Of a stretch of DNA of 64,000 nt, positions 1-9,721 are shown in pieces. The notes below the pieces were generated by a model. That model did no database searches, had not been told where the DNA came from, and saw only the letters and a program-made list of their open reading frames with translations. Source of the DNA: Haliscomenobacter sp. (GTDB lineage: Bacteria > Bacteroidota > Bacteroidia > Chitinophagales > Saprospiraceae). A program made the translations under genes and the position numbers. The stretch is from NCBI RefSeq assembly GCF_965225875.1, contig NZ_CBDDBS010000003.1, forward strand, positions 2,320,701-2,384,700. Direction: 5' to 3'. Position 1 is the stretch's first letter, and each line of letters starts with the position of its first letter.

Positions 1-225
1 GGCCCGTTTGGTCCCTTCAACCACCTGGGCTTCGAAGTCGAGGATGACGATGTCTTCGGCGCGGAGGCTCGCGTAGGGCACTCCACTGGGTTTAATGGCA
101 AAAACCCCAGCAGAGCGATCCGCCACACTGGCATTGCCAAAGGTGAAGAGCACCAATCCCAGTTGGGGCAGTTGCATATTGGCTTCGTAACAAGCTTCTT
201 TAAGGCTTTGGTAAGCGCTTTTCAT
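1..225 (-). CDS. araD: L-ribulose-5-phosphate 4-epimerase, 5' part only (runs off the left edge)
   Basis: Not in the ORF track; my translation from ATG at 225 is MKSAYQSLKEACYEANMQLPQLGLVLFTFGNASVADRSAGVFAIKPSGVPY..., a class II aldolase/AraD N-terminus (TFGN, IKPSG). It lies directly downstream of araB. Confidence 0.9.
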   Translation of the reverse strand, partial: MKSAYQSLKEACYEANMQLPQLGLVLFTFGNASVADRSAGVFAIKPSGVPYASLRAEDIVILDFEAQVVEGTKRA

Positions 226-258
226 TGTTGGTTATTTTCAGGCAGCTTCGCTGCTGGG

Positions 259-372
259 TTTTTCACCACCTTAGAAACTTTAGGCACTTAAGACACACCT
301 TAGTTACTAAGTACATTGTTTCATATGCTTAGGTGTAACTTAAGTGCCTCAGGTTTCTGAGGTGGTGAAAAA
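259..372. repeat. Palindromic element H: 45-bp inverted arms containing ~9-nt CAC(C/T)T(T/A)AG units
   Basis: Arms 259-303 and 328-372 match at 39/45. Termini are TTTTTCACCAC...GTGGTGAAAAA. It fills the araB-araD gap. Confidence 0.85.
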
Positions 373-374
373 AA

Positions 375-2039
375 TTACTTCTTTTCCACAAAATCCCCGA
401 ATCGGCCATACTCAGCGTACAGTTTTTCATACAGTGCTGCATTGGCCGGAATGGGATGGTAAATTTTATCAAAACCATTGCCCATTACCTGCATGGCACT
501 CGCCACATCGGGGTATACCCCTGCGGCTACGGCGGCATACATGGCTGCGCCCAAAGCGGGAGCTTGTTCCGAGCGGGCGATTTTAATGGGGCGGTTCAGT
601 ACATCGGCCAGGGTTTGCATGACCAGGTCCGATTTTTTGGCTACACCACCCATGCCTACCACGGCTTTGATGGGAATGCCTTCAGCTTCAAAGCGGTCGA
701 CAATTTTTTTGGAGCCAAAACAAATCGCTTCGACCAGGGCCTTGAAGATCGCGGGGGCATCCGAGCCCATGTTCAAACCCATGATGGCGCCCTTCAGGCT
801 TTGATCTGCATCCGGGGTACGGCGACCATTGACCCAGTCCAGGGCGACGATCCCGGTTTGGGCGACGGGGATTTGGGCGGCAGCTGCGCTAAGTTGGGCG
901 ATGATTTTGTCTTCCATTTCGTCCAGAAGCGCCGTTTTGGTGGCTTCATCCAGCAACTGGCTTTGTGGCAGCAGTTGTTGCAATGGCCAGGTAATGACTT
1001 GTTTGAACCAGGCCAGTAAGTCGCCAAAAGCAGACTGACCAGCTTCCAGTCCCATCATACCGGGTACGATGGAACCATCCACCTGACCACAGATGCCGTG
1101 GACGAGTTTGTCTTGTACTTCATCTAGTGGCGCTACCAACATGTCACAAGTGGAAGTGCCCATTACTTTGATGAGGGTATAGGCTTCGGCTTCGCCGCCT
1201 ACTGCTCCAGCGTGGGCATCAAAGGTACCTACGCTCACTACCACGCCTTCGTGTAAGCCCAGGCGTTGCGCCCATTCGGCGGAGAGATTACCCGCAGCTT
1301 CATCAGCGGTATAGGTATCCTGGTAGAGGCGATCGCGCAGACCCGCGAGTTTGGGTTCGAGGTGGGTTAAAAAGTCCTCGGATGGCAAACCATCCCAGGA
1401 TTCGTGCCACATGGCTTTGTGCCCGGCAGCACAGCGGCTGCGTTTGGTGCTCAGGGCATCATCGCCTCCGATGAGCAGGTGGGTGATCCAGTCGCAGTGC
1501 TCCATCCAGGAATAGGCGGCTTGTTGTACGGCTTCGTCCTGGCGGATGGTATGGGTGATTTTGGCCCAAAACCATTCGGAAGAATAAATACCCCCTTCGT
1601 ACATGGTGTAGTCGATGCCACCCCAAGCACGAGCTTTGTGGTTGATTTCTTCGGCTTCGGCCAGAGCGGTATGGTCTTTCCAAAGGATGAACATGCCGTT
1701 GGGATTTTCGGCAAATTCGGGCAGGAGGGCCAAAGGTGTGCCCGTTTTATCTACCGCAACTGGTGTTGAGCCAGTGGTGTCAACGGTGATGCCAACAACG
1801 AACTTGGGATCCAAACCCGGCAATTGCTTCAAGGTGCGGACGATGGCGTCTTCCAGACTTTCTACATAATCGAGGGGATGCTGGCGAAACTGGTTTTGGG
1901 CAGGCTTACAGTACAAACCTTTTTTCCAGCGTGGGTAGTAGGTGACGGCACTGGCCAATTCGGCACCGTTAGCGGTATCAACCAGCACTGCGCGGACCGA
2001 ATCGGTGCCAAAATCAGCGCCGAGGACGTATCGATTCAT
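375..2039 (-). CDS. araB: Ribulokinase (FGGY carbohydrate kinase)
   Basis: 554 aa. N-terminal GADFGTDSVR phosphate loop, DTTGSTP, WKDHTA, DWVNGRRTP; adjacent to araD. Confidence 0.93.
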   Translation of the reverse strand: MNRYVLGADFGTDSVRAVLVDTANGAELASAVTYYPRWKKGLYCKPAQNQFRQHPLDYVESLEDAIVRTLKQLPGLDPKFVVGITVDTTGSTPVAVDKTGTPLALLPEFAENPNGMFILWKDHTALAEAEEINHKARAWGGIDYTMYEGGIYSSEWFWAKITHTIRQDEAVQQAAYSWMEHCDWITHLLIGGDDALSTKRSRCAAGHKAMWHESWDGLPSEDFLTHLEPKLAGLRDRLYQDTYTADEAAGNLSAEWAQRLGLHEGVVVSVGTFDAHAGAVGGEAEAYTLIKVMGTSTCDMLVAPLDEVQDKLVHGICGQVDGSIVPGMMGLEAGQSAFGDLLAWFKQVITWPLQQLLPQSQLLDEATKTALLDEMEDKIIAQLSAAAAQIPVAQTGIVALDWVNGRRTPDADQSLKGAIMGLNMGSDAPAIFKALVEAICFGSKKIVDRFEAEGIPIKAVVGMGGVAKKSDLVMQTLADVLNRPIKIARSEQAPALGAAMYAAVAAGVYPDVASAMQVMGNGFDKIYHPIPANAALYEKLYAEYGRFGDFVEKK

Positions 2040-2062
2040 GTCAACAGTTTTGTTCTTGCGAT

Positions 2063-2087
2063 AATAAATGTAAAAGTAACAATTATT
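2063..2087. promoter_or_regulatory. Putative NrtR/AraR-type operator upstream of araB
   Basis: Imperfect palindrome AATAAATGTAAAAGTAACAATTATT with a GT-N7-AC core, 24 bp upstream of the araB start codon. Confidence 0.45.
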
Positions 2088-2214
2088 GTTGCTTGTGCAA
2101 ATTTGGCGGCTATTTTTTATCTGGTTCGGGTCTGCAAGGTAAAAAGCCGCTCGGACATCGTGACTTTTTTATGGCCTTAAGCGAGAATTTGAAGCTATTC
2201 AAATGGAATCCCGC

Positions 2215-2222
2215 TAACTTTG
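2215..2222 (+). promoter_or_regulatory. Bacteroidota sigma70 -7 element for queE
   Basis: TAACTTTG matches TAnnTTTG, 23 bp before the ATG at 2246. Confidence 0.6.
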
Positions 2223-2245
2223 CGCCTTGTAATTGGAGCCGAACC

Positions 2246-2941
2246 ATGAAAAAGAAGCAGACTTACAAAGTCAAAGAAATATTTTACACCCTGCAAGGGG
2301 AAGGTGCCCAGGCGGGTCGCCCGGCGGTATTTTGCCGTTTTTCGGGCTGCAACCTCTGGTCGGGCCGTGAAGAAGACCGCGCCAAGGCGATTTGCCAGTT
2401 TTGTGATACCGATTTTTGGGGTATGGACGGCGAGAATGGAGGGAAGTACAACGCGGAGGAGTTGGCGGATATGGTGATTGGGTTGTGGCCGGGGGGGAGT
2501 GAAAAGCGAAAAGTGAAAAGTGAAAAGCAAGCGGGGCATATCTCGGATTTGGAGGGTAAACCTTATGTGGTGTGTACAGGGGGTGAGCCGCTGCTGCAAT
2601 TGGATGAGGAGCTGATTGCAGCTTTTCATGCACGCGGGCTGGAGGTGGCGGTGGAAACAAATGGCACCGTGGCTGCTCCGGCGGGGTTGGATTGGATTTG
2701 TATGAGCCCCAAAGCAAATACCGAGTTGCTCATTCAAAAGGGGCATGAATTGAAACTGGTGTACCCGCAGCCTGGGGCTGAACCTGAGCGGTATGAGCAC
2801 CTGGATTTTGACAATTTTTACTTACAGCCGATGGATGGGCCGTTGGGGCAACAAAATACCAAGCTGACCTTGGAGTATTGTATGAAGCATCCGAAGTGGA
2901 AGTTGAGTTTGCAGACGCATAAGATTTTGGGGATTGCGTGA
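2246..2941 (+). CDS. queE: 7-carboxy-7-deazaguanine synthase (radical SAM, CX14CX2C type)
   Basis: KEIFYTLQGEG, CNLWSGREEDRAKAICQFC (CX14CX2C), TGGEP, ETNG, C-terminal QTHK. Start moved to ATG 2246 because the promoter box lies inside the longer track ORF. Confidence 0.93.
   Translation: MKKKQTYKVKEIFYTLQGEGAQAGRPAVFCRFSGCNLWSGREEDRAKAICQFCDTDFWGMDGENGGKYNAEELADMVIGLWPGGSEKRKVKSEKQAGHISDLEGKPYVVCTGGEPLLQLDEELIAAFHARGLEVAVETNGTVAAPAGLDWICMSPKANTELLIQKGHELKLVYPQPGAEPERYEHLDFDNFYLQPMDGPLGQQNTKLTLEYCMKHPKWKLSLQTHKILGIA
2499..2526 (+). repeat. Four tandem G(T/C)GAAAA heptamers inside queE, in frame
   Basis: GTGAAAA GCGAAAA GTGAAAA GTGAAAA, encoding part of SEKRKVKSEK. Confidence 0.8.
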
Positions 2942-3129
2942 GGTAAGTAAAAGGTTATTTTGTAATCAATCATCCAATTATAACAATAAACATCAATTCA
3001 AGTCATTGGGCTTGACATAGACTGTGTAATGTTGTAACATTGCAGCTAAGAACTACATGCATCATCTTATCCGGAGTCAATTATTTTGCTTTTTATATAT
3101 TTTCAATACGCTACAACTATAAAAAATCC

Positions 3130-5322
3130 ATGAATTACTGCCGATTCATTGTAAGCCTCTGTTTGAGCGTGTCCATGCTGGGAGTGCTCCAGGGACAAAC
3201 CATCCGCAAGATTTCAACAGGAGAATTGAATATCGAACAGGCCGTATATCTGCCATCCCAAGGTAAATTGTACAATGCTGTACCCGATGATAATTTTTCC
3301 CAATACGCCAATCGACTGATCAAAGTTGATCCAGCCTGGGGCAAGGTAGAAAAGGTATTCAAAATTGGTTTTAACCCAACGCTGGTGACCGCCACTAATG
3401 ATGAGCAGTATTTGTACATCACTACTTCCGGGCCTTCGAGGTTGAAACTATTCAAGGTGGCTGAGGAAAAAATAGAGTGGGAATTGCCTTTGGGCGCCCT
3501 GCAGCCGACTTTCATTTTGCCCGCGCCACAACAAAATAAGGCCTTGTTGTTAATCTCCAGTTCTATCACCGAATCCTGGATCCAATTTTTAAAGGATGAC
3601 TCCATTCAACCCGAAAAAATAGTCATCCCCTCCCCTGGCTATTACACCAAAGCAGCCTTTGTCAACGACAGCAGCATCATTGCCTGGAATGGTTTTGGGC
3701 AAATTTTCCGCATTAAATTGCGCAGCAATGGTTTGTTCCTCGAAAATACTTTTGAAAACCTACCCTTGTACCTTAGGGAGGAAAACATTTACCTAGACGG
3801 AAAACTGATTTCTGCCAAAGGTAGAATCATTGATGTATCAAGGGCCGAGCCACTGGTTTTGGAGCAAAAGCTACCCGTTTCGGAATATGCGCCCCTAATC
3901 CACGACGATCCTTTTTCTCCATTTTTCTACATCCTTGAATCTTTTGCGGGGCCAAATCAACATGCTTATTTAAAGTTTAAAAAATCCACCCTGGAGTTGG
4001 AAAAGAGGTTGACGGTACCCGTTCCGCTAGAAAGTCCCGATACTTATGTTTCTGAATTTTATGCTACTGGGCCGGATCGTTTTATGGTAAAAAACCACTT
4101 ATTTACCCATATCTATTGGGCTTGTACTTCTGAGTTGTCCCGCCCCAGCATCAGTGCAAGTGGAGCGCTGGCCCGCTGCCCGGATAGTGACACCTTATTT
4201 TTGCAAACGGCCTTGGGCAATGCTTCTGAAGTGGTGTGGACAACAGCCGAAAAAACATCACGGATTGCGGCTACCCAGGCTGGTGCTTATGGTGTAAAAC
4301 TGTCGGACACCCGAGGTTGTCAAACTGCGCTTTCGGAGCCGGTCGAAGTAACTTTTCATCCAAAGCCCTACGTGCTGTCAATCAACAGTGAACTGGGGCG
4401 TCAGTCGCCTCAAACCATTTGTAAAGGGAAAAGTATTAGACTGTCGGGAGATGGATTTGGCGGAAATCAATGGCGCTGGTCCAGTGGGGAGCGTACTTTG
4501 GAAATCGTGGCCAAAACAGGTGATTATCAAGTCAAACTCATCTCCGAACAAGGCTGTGAAAGTGATTGGTCACCCGTTTTTAGCATTTTACCCGGGCCAG
4601 ACTCCCTACCTGTGAAACCTGTAGTCACCTTACTCAACAGAAAAGAGGTGTATTGCGTTGGAGATACCGCAATCGTCCAAGGCCCTACAGGTTATCAATA
4701 CTACTATTGGAACATATCCAGTGAAAACAAAGCGGTAGTCAGCACCCAGTCTTCGAGCATGGCCGCCTTGATCGTAGGCAATGATCTGCGCTGTTTGAGT
4801 GAACGCTCGGAGCCCCTTGAAATCCGATTTAACCCACAACCTTTTCCACCAGTAATTCGCCAGGAAGGAAACCTGATTGTCAGTAGTGTTGGAACAGCAA
4901 CCCACGAATGGTTTGTCAATGGAAATAAACTCAATGGGGAAACTGGTTCGACCCTGAACCTGAAAGGAGGTGGCTTTTATTCCGCCAAGGTTTTTAATAA
5001 TGGTTGCTCCTCTCGCATTTCCAATCTGATTTCCATTAGTGGTAAAACCGTTTCAATTGATGAGCCAATTGCGACTCAAACGCTCAAAATCTACCCTAAT
5101 CCTGCTCATGACTACATCCGGCTTGATTTCGCAGCAGAGCCAGTTTATGCCTTAACGGTGCAACTTTTCAGTGGAGATGGCCGAAAAATCCTGGAATTAT
5201 CTGGCTTAAGAAGTGACCCACAGCTCAATAGACTCGCCGTCGCTACGCTTCCTCCTGGGCTCTATGTCGTGGAAGCATTGGCGGAAGACCGACGTTTTGT
5301 AGGCCGTTTCATCAAATGGTAA
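3130..5322 (+). CDS. T9SS type A sorting domain protein (N-terminal propeller-like region, Cys-containing Ig-like repeats), paralogue 1
   Basis: Signal peptide from MNYCRFIVSL (ATG 3130). C-terminal KIYPNPAHDYI...LPPGLYVV...RFIKW is a type A CTD. Confidence 0.85.
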   Translation: MNYCRFIVSLCLSVSMLGVLQGQTIRKISTGELNIEQAVYLPSQGKLYNAVPDDNFSQYANRLIKVDPAWGKVEKVFKIGFNPTLVTATNDEQYLYITTSGPSRLKLFKVAEEKIEWELPLGALQPTFILPAPQQNKALLLISSSITESWIQFLKDDSIQPEKIVIPSPGYYTKAAFVNDSSIIAWNGFGQIFRIKLRSNGLFLENTFENLPLYLREENIYLDGKLISAKGRIIDVSRAEPLVLEQKLPVSEYAPLIHDDPFSPFFYILESFAGPNQHAYLKFKKSTLELEKRLTVPVPLESPDTYVSEFYATGPDRFMVKNHLFTHIYWACTSELSRPSISASGALARCPDSDTLFLQTALGNASEVVWTTAEKTSRIAATQAGAYGVKLSDTRGCQTALSEPVEVTFHPKPYVLSINSELGRQSPQTICKGKSIRLSGDGFGGNQWRWSSGERTLEIVAKTGDYQVKLISEQGCESDWSPVFSILPGPDSLPVKPVVTLLNRKEVYCVGDTAIVQGPTGYQYYYWNISSENKAVVSTQSSSMAALIVGNDLRCLSERSEPLEIRFNPQPFPPVIRQEGNLIVSSVGTATHEWFVNGNKLNGETGSTLNLKGGGFYSAKVFNNGCSSRISNLISISGKTVSIDEPIATQTLKIYPNPAHDYIRLDFAAEPVYALTVQLFSGDGRKILELSGLRSDPQLNRLAVATLPPGLYVVEALAEDRRFVGRFIKW

Positions 5323-5340
5323 AACTAAAACCTGCTTGGC

Positions 5341-7485
5341 ATGAAGGCATATCAAATCCTGCTGCTTTTTTGTTGTTGGCTGAATTACGGGCATAGTCAA
5401 AGCATCCGTGAACTGGGTGAAATACGCACTCCCTGGGTATGTTACTCGAGCAAACGTGAATTAATGTATGCTTTTTTAGGGCAGGAGGAAGGGGGCCCTG
5501 GGCGGATTCAGATCCGAGACCCTAAATTTGGTAAGGTATTAGAGACGATCCCCACAGATGCCCTACCTCGGCAGACGGTGCTCAGCAAAAATGAACGGTA
5601 TATTTATTTCTACACCAGTTTTCCACTCAAAATCCAACGTTTAAACCTGGACGATCACCAGATTAGCACCTTGGTCACTTTGCCTGATAGCGTCCACAAT
5701 CTTGGGCAACTTAGTTTGCTGCCTTTTGATGATGAAAAGTTCTTTTTCTCCTGGTCCAACAACAATGGCAGTGGCTTGCACTATTTCAATGGCAAAACGC
5801 TTGAATTCAATGTTTCGCGGGATTTTACAAACTTGATGTTTCAAAATGACAGCACATTTTTTGCACCCACCCAGGAAGGTTTTTTGCAAGAGTATCTCTT
5901 CAGTAATGAAAAAATCACCCCAGGAAAACGTTTGATTCAGTCCAGAATCATCGATCGGCAGCCTACGCTGTGGCAAAATGACACCTTATACTCCGCTATG
6001 GGCGATGTATGGAAATTGGTTGAGGACTCCTTGATTGTGTTGAAGCAGGGGCGGCCTTATTTCGCCAATCGCTACAGCCTCAATGCCCATCCTGCCTCGG
6101 CCTACTATTACATTTATGTGGATGGTTTTGATCGGGATACTGTTTACAAATACCCCAAAGGCAGCTGGCAAAGTCTGGATTCCTGGATCATTGGAGCCGA
6201 CCTGATGCAAGGCACCTATCTTTTCACCGTTCGATTGTTGGCCGAAGACGATTTTTATGTAAGTAGGACTCCAGGCTTGTTGGTGCGTCGCTGTAGCGGG
6301 AAAAACCAACCCGCTCGCATTAAGGAGGGCACGCAGGCCTTTGCCTGCTTAAGCCTTTCCCCTATCCTCAGCCTCCACGCAGCAGCACCGGCCTATGAAT
6401 ACCTTTGGTCAAATGGTGCCACTACGTCGGGCGTGGACCTGACCACGGTGCAATCCATCCAGCTTAAAACCGGCGACAGCACGGGTTGCCTCAGCAATTG
6501 GTCCGAAGTGTGCAATGTTGGTTTTCCAGAGCCACATGCTGGACCACAAATTGATTACTTTAACGGAGAAATCAGTTTGCAGTTTTGTAAAAAACAAACC
6601 CTAATTTTTATCGCCAGGCAAAGCAGCGTAGAAGGTTTTGAGTGGTCGAATGGTGTAAAAAAAGACACCCTGCGCACCTCTGAGCCTGGACAGTATCGGG
6701 TACGTAGTTTTATCCGCAACGGCTGCCCGGGGCTATGGTCACCTTATGTCAAACTCGAACAATTGCCCGACACCATTCCGCAGACTCCGGTAATCCGTAC
6801 AGAGAAAGGAAATTTTGACTTTTGTATGGGCGAAAAAGCCAATTTACTAGCCCCAAGTGGATACACCTATTACGTTTGGTCGAGACAAGAAACCCGAACA
6901 CCGGTATTTTCCACCAATACCCCACTTGGTATGTACCTCCAGGTTGGCAATGATTTGCGGTGTTTGAGCAACACTTCGGCCACCGTCAATGTCCGGTTCA
7001 ATCCGGTTCCCAGCAAGCCCAAAATTCAACGACTCGGCAATTTACTGGCGACCAACAATTTTGGAGAAAATCACGCCTGGTCGAAAAATGGCAGATTGAT
7101 ACCAGGAAATGAAGGACAGTTTTTGGAAATTGAAACAAACGGAAAATACACCGTCATCACCAATGCCCGGGGTTGTTTTTCTCCAGTTTCGGACACCCTT
7201 GAAGTAATCGACCTGCTTTTTCAGGGTAACCCCAACAAACGCAATACACTGCGATTGCGTTTAAGCCCCAATCCAGTGGGGGTGGAAATGTACATTACTT
7301 TGGATGGTCAAAACTCAAGCGGCAGATTGTACCGCATCAGCGACTTGGAAGGAAAAATTCATCAGCTTGGATATGTGGACAACAATGGAAAAATTCAGGT
7401 CAGCACGCTGCCCCGAGGCATGTATATCCTGAGTTTGTTGTCGAGTAACTTCGATCCTCTTGCCAGCAAATTTTTTAAAGAATAA
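5341..7485 (+). CDS. T9SS type A sorting domain protein, paralogue 2
   Basis: Signal peptide ending GHSQ. Repeats such as VGNDLRCLS are shared with paralogue 1. CTD LSPNPVG...LPRGMYIL...KFFKE. Confidence 0.85.
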   Translation: MKAYQILLLFCCWLNYGHSQSIRELGEIRTPWVCYSSKRELMYAFLGQEEGGPGRIQIRDPKFGKVLETIPTDALPRQTVLSKNERYIYFYTSFPLKIQRLNLDDHQISTLVTLPDSVHNLGQLSLLPFDDEKFFFSWSNNNGSGLHYFNGKTLEFNVSRDFTNLMFQNDSTFFAPTQEGFLQEYLFSNEKITPGKRLIQSRIIDRQPTLWQNDTLYSAMGDVWKLVEDSLIVLKQGRPYFANRYSLNAHPASAYYYIYVDGFDRDTVYKYPKGSWQSLDSWIIGADLMQGTYLFTVRLLAEDDFYVSRTPGLLVRRCSGKNQPARIKEGTQAFACLSLSPILSLHAAAPAYEYLWSNGATTSGVDLTTVQSIQLKTGDSTGCLSNWSEVCNVGFPEPHAGPQIDYFNGEISLQFCKKQTLIFIARQSSVEGFEWSNGVKKDTLRTSEPGQYRVRSFIRNGCPGLWSPYVKLEQLPDTIPQTPVIRTEKGNFDFCMGEKANLLAPSGYTYYVWSRQETRTPVFSTNTPLGMYLQVGNDLRCLSNTSATVNVRFNPVPSKPKIQRLGNLLATNNFGENHAWSKNGRLIPGNEGQFLEIETNGKYTVITNARGCFSPVSDTLEVIDLLFQGNPNKRNTLRLRLSPNPVGVEMYITLDGQNSSGRLYRISDLEGKIHQLGYVDNNGKIQVSTLPRGMYILSLLSSNFDPLASKFFKE

Positions 7486-7501
7486 TCCCAAATAGTTTAA
7501 C

Positions 7502-9721
7502 ATGAAAAAAGCGAACAACACCTCATTGTGCATTGCCCTTTTGCTGAGTCTTGCCGGCATGTTACAAGGGCAAAGTATACGTAGCATTGAGTATTTTAAT
7601 TTTGAAAGTGGGGTTTATCTTCCCGCCGAGCAAATGGTTTACGCAACGGCGGTCGATGGTTCGCTCAATAAATATTCCAACAAGTTATTAAAAATTGACC
7701 CCGCCTGGGGTGCGGTTCGAGAAGAAATAAACGTGGGCTTTGATCCTCGTTTCTTGTGTGCTACGAGTGATCGTAAATACCTTTTTTTTGCAGCAGATCA
7801 GCCTCGCAGAATCAAAAGATTCAATCCGGCTATTCAAGCCATTGACCAGAATTTTGCCGCACCATTTGGGGAGGAAACCCAGTTAAAAGAGCTGTATGCC
7901 ATTCCGAAGCAACCGGAAGCGGTGATGTTACTTACCCAAAGCCCGGATAGTTATGAATTCTGTGTTTTTGAACGTGGCCAGAAAAAAGTACAATCGGCAA
8001 AATTATCCCCCAATGAGGGATCCGAATTGAGCCTGGGCTTTCAGAATGACAGCACTTTGTGGGTCATTTCTACCTTCGAAGGTCATATCATTCGTCTGAA
8101 AATACGAAACAATGGCATCGTTCGGGAGCAAACTTACTCCGGGTTTAAAGGGATACTAAGTGGTAGTTTTTATTTTTCTGGGCAGCATTTTATTTCTACC
8201 ACTGGTTTGTACATTTCACTTGGGATCAATGGTCCGCAGCTGGAAGATAGACTGGCCATTTCGCACAGTAGTGCCATCGCGGGGGATGCAGATTCATCGT
8301 TTTTTTATGTACTCGAACCCTTTGGCTTTAATGCTACACAAATCCGCAAGCTCAGCAAAAGCAGCTTTCAAGAGTTGGAGAAATGGCAGATTCCCGTTTA
8401 CCCCAACTATTTCAACTCAAAAAGGTTTTTAATCTGTGGCGATAAACGTTTTGTCTTTACCACTTTTAATGTAGAATTTTATTGGGACTGCGTACCTCAA
8501 ATCAGCAAACCTATTATTTCGGGAAAGACGGATGGGGTTTACTGCCTCCCTCAAGATTTGGGCTATGTGCTCAAAACCCAGGAGCCTGCAATTGAGCTGT
8601 TCTGGCAGCGTGAAAACCAGGGAGGCCAATACGCAAACGAATTGAGCATTACAGAATCGGGAGCGTATCGGGTAAAAGCAAGCGATAAACGAGGTTGCCA
8701 AACCGCATTTTCAGAGCCTGTTGGTATCTGGCTACAAAACCCCAGCCCAACAGCGACGATCCTTAACAATCTTAACGTCAGCTTTCCGGTCAACGCCTGC
8801 ACCGGGCAAGAGATTGAATTGCGAACCTCCACTTTTATACAAGTAAACCAATTCGAATGGTCGAATGGTGATACTTCTGCCCGCATTAAAATAAAAGATG
8901 TTGGAGCGTTTCGGGTAAGGGTACGGCCAATCGGTGGTTGTTGGAGTACCTGGTCGGATAGTGTTCGGATAAATCGGGTGAAAGCACTTTTTCCCGATCA
9001 ACCCATTGTTTCATTGGTAAATGCTCAATCCAACGTTTTTTGTTCAGGGGACACCATTGTATTGCAAGCCACACCTGGATACCTACAGTACTTCTGGAGT
9101 TTGCCCAATCAAGGTACCGGCAATCAGCTTAAATTCAGCTTAAATTCAATCATCGATTTCGGAGTCAGTGTCTATGTTGCCAATGCAGAGCATTGTGTGA
9201 GTGAATATTCAGAGCGGTTTCAACTTCGCTACATAGCCAAACCCACTAAACCACAAATTCAACGGGCCGGCAATGTGCTGGTCAGTAGCAATGCCGATCC
9301 TGCGGCCATCCACAGTTGGTACCGCAACGGGGTTTTACTCGACAATGCGTCTGGCCGATATCTGACCGTGCTACGCGAGGGTTTTTATAGTACACAGGTC
9401 ACTTATGGTGCGTGCTCTTCCCTCCCCTCTGATTTATTTTCTTTTACTGGAATTACAACAGCATTACGTGAACCAAATCCATCGGATGCATACCCCTTGT
9501 ATCCCAATCCAAGTACAGATAAAGTCTTCGTTCAACACCGGGGCACTGAATTCAAACAAAGCCAACTTTTTGACGCACAGGGCAAAGCGCTGCCACTATC
9601 CCATTTCCACAAAGGGCAGGATCAGTATGAAATGAGTCTGAGCCATTTAGCCGCTGGGGTATATGTACTGAGGAGTTTTGTGGAGGGAAAATGGTGTAGT
9701 TGGCGATTTGTGAAGTTGTAG
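7502..9721 (+). CDS. T9SS type A sorting domain protein, paralogue 3
   Basis: Signal peptide ending LQGQ. KIDPAWG and GCQTAFSEPV motifs are shared with paralogue 1. CTD LYPNPSTDKV...LAAGVYVL...RFVKL. Confidence 0.85.
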   Translation: MKKANNTSLCIALLLSLAGMLQGQSIRSIEYFNFESGVYLPAEQMVYATAVDGSLNKYSNKLLKIDPAWGAVREEINVGFDPRFLCATSDRKYLFFAADQPRRIKRFNPAIQAIDQNFAAPFGEETQLKELYAIPKQPEAVMLLTQSPDSYEFCVFERGQKKVQSAKLSPNEGSELSLGFQNDSTLWVISTFEGHIIRLKIRNNGIVREQTYSGFKGILSGSFYFSGQHFISTTGLYISLGINGPQLEDRLAISHSSAIAGDADSSFFYVLEPFGFNATQIRKLSKSSFQELEKWQIPVYPNYFNSKRFLICGDKRFVFTTFNVEFYWDCVPQISKPIISGKTDGVYCLPQDLGYVLKTQEPAIELFWQRENQGGQYANELSITESGAYRVKASDKRGCQTAFSEPVGIWLQNPSPTATILNNLNVSFPVNACTGQEIELRTSTFIQVNQFEWSNGDTSARIKIKDVGAFRVRVRPIGGCWSTWSDSVRINRVKALFPDQPIVSLVNAQSNVFCSGDTIVLQATPGYLQYFWSLPNQGTGNQLKFSLNSIIDFGVSVYVANAEHCVSEYSERFQLRYIAKPTKPQIQRAGNVLVSSNADPAAIHSWYRNGVLLDNASGRYLTVLREGFYSTQVTYGACSSLPSDLFSFTGITTALREPNPSDAYPLYPNPSTDKVFVQHRGTEFKQSQLFDAQGKALPLSHFHKGQDQYEMSLSHLAAGVYVLRSFVEGKWCSWRFVKL

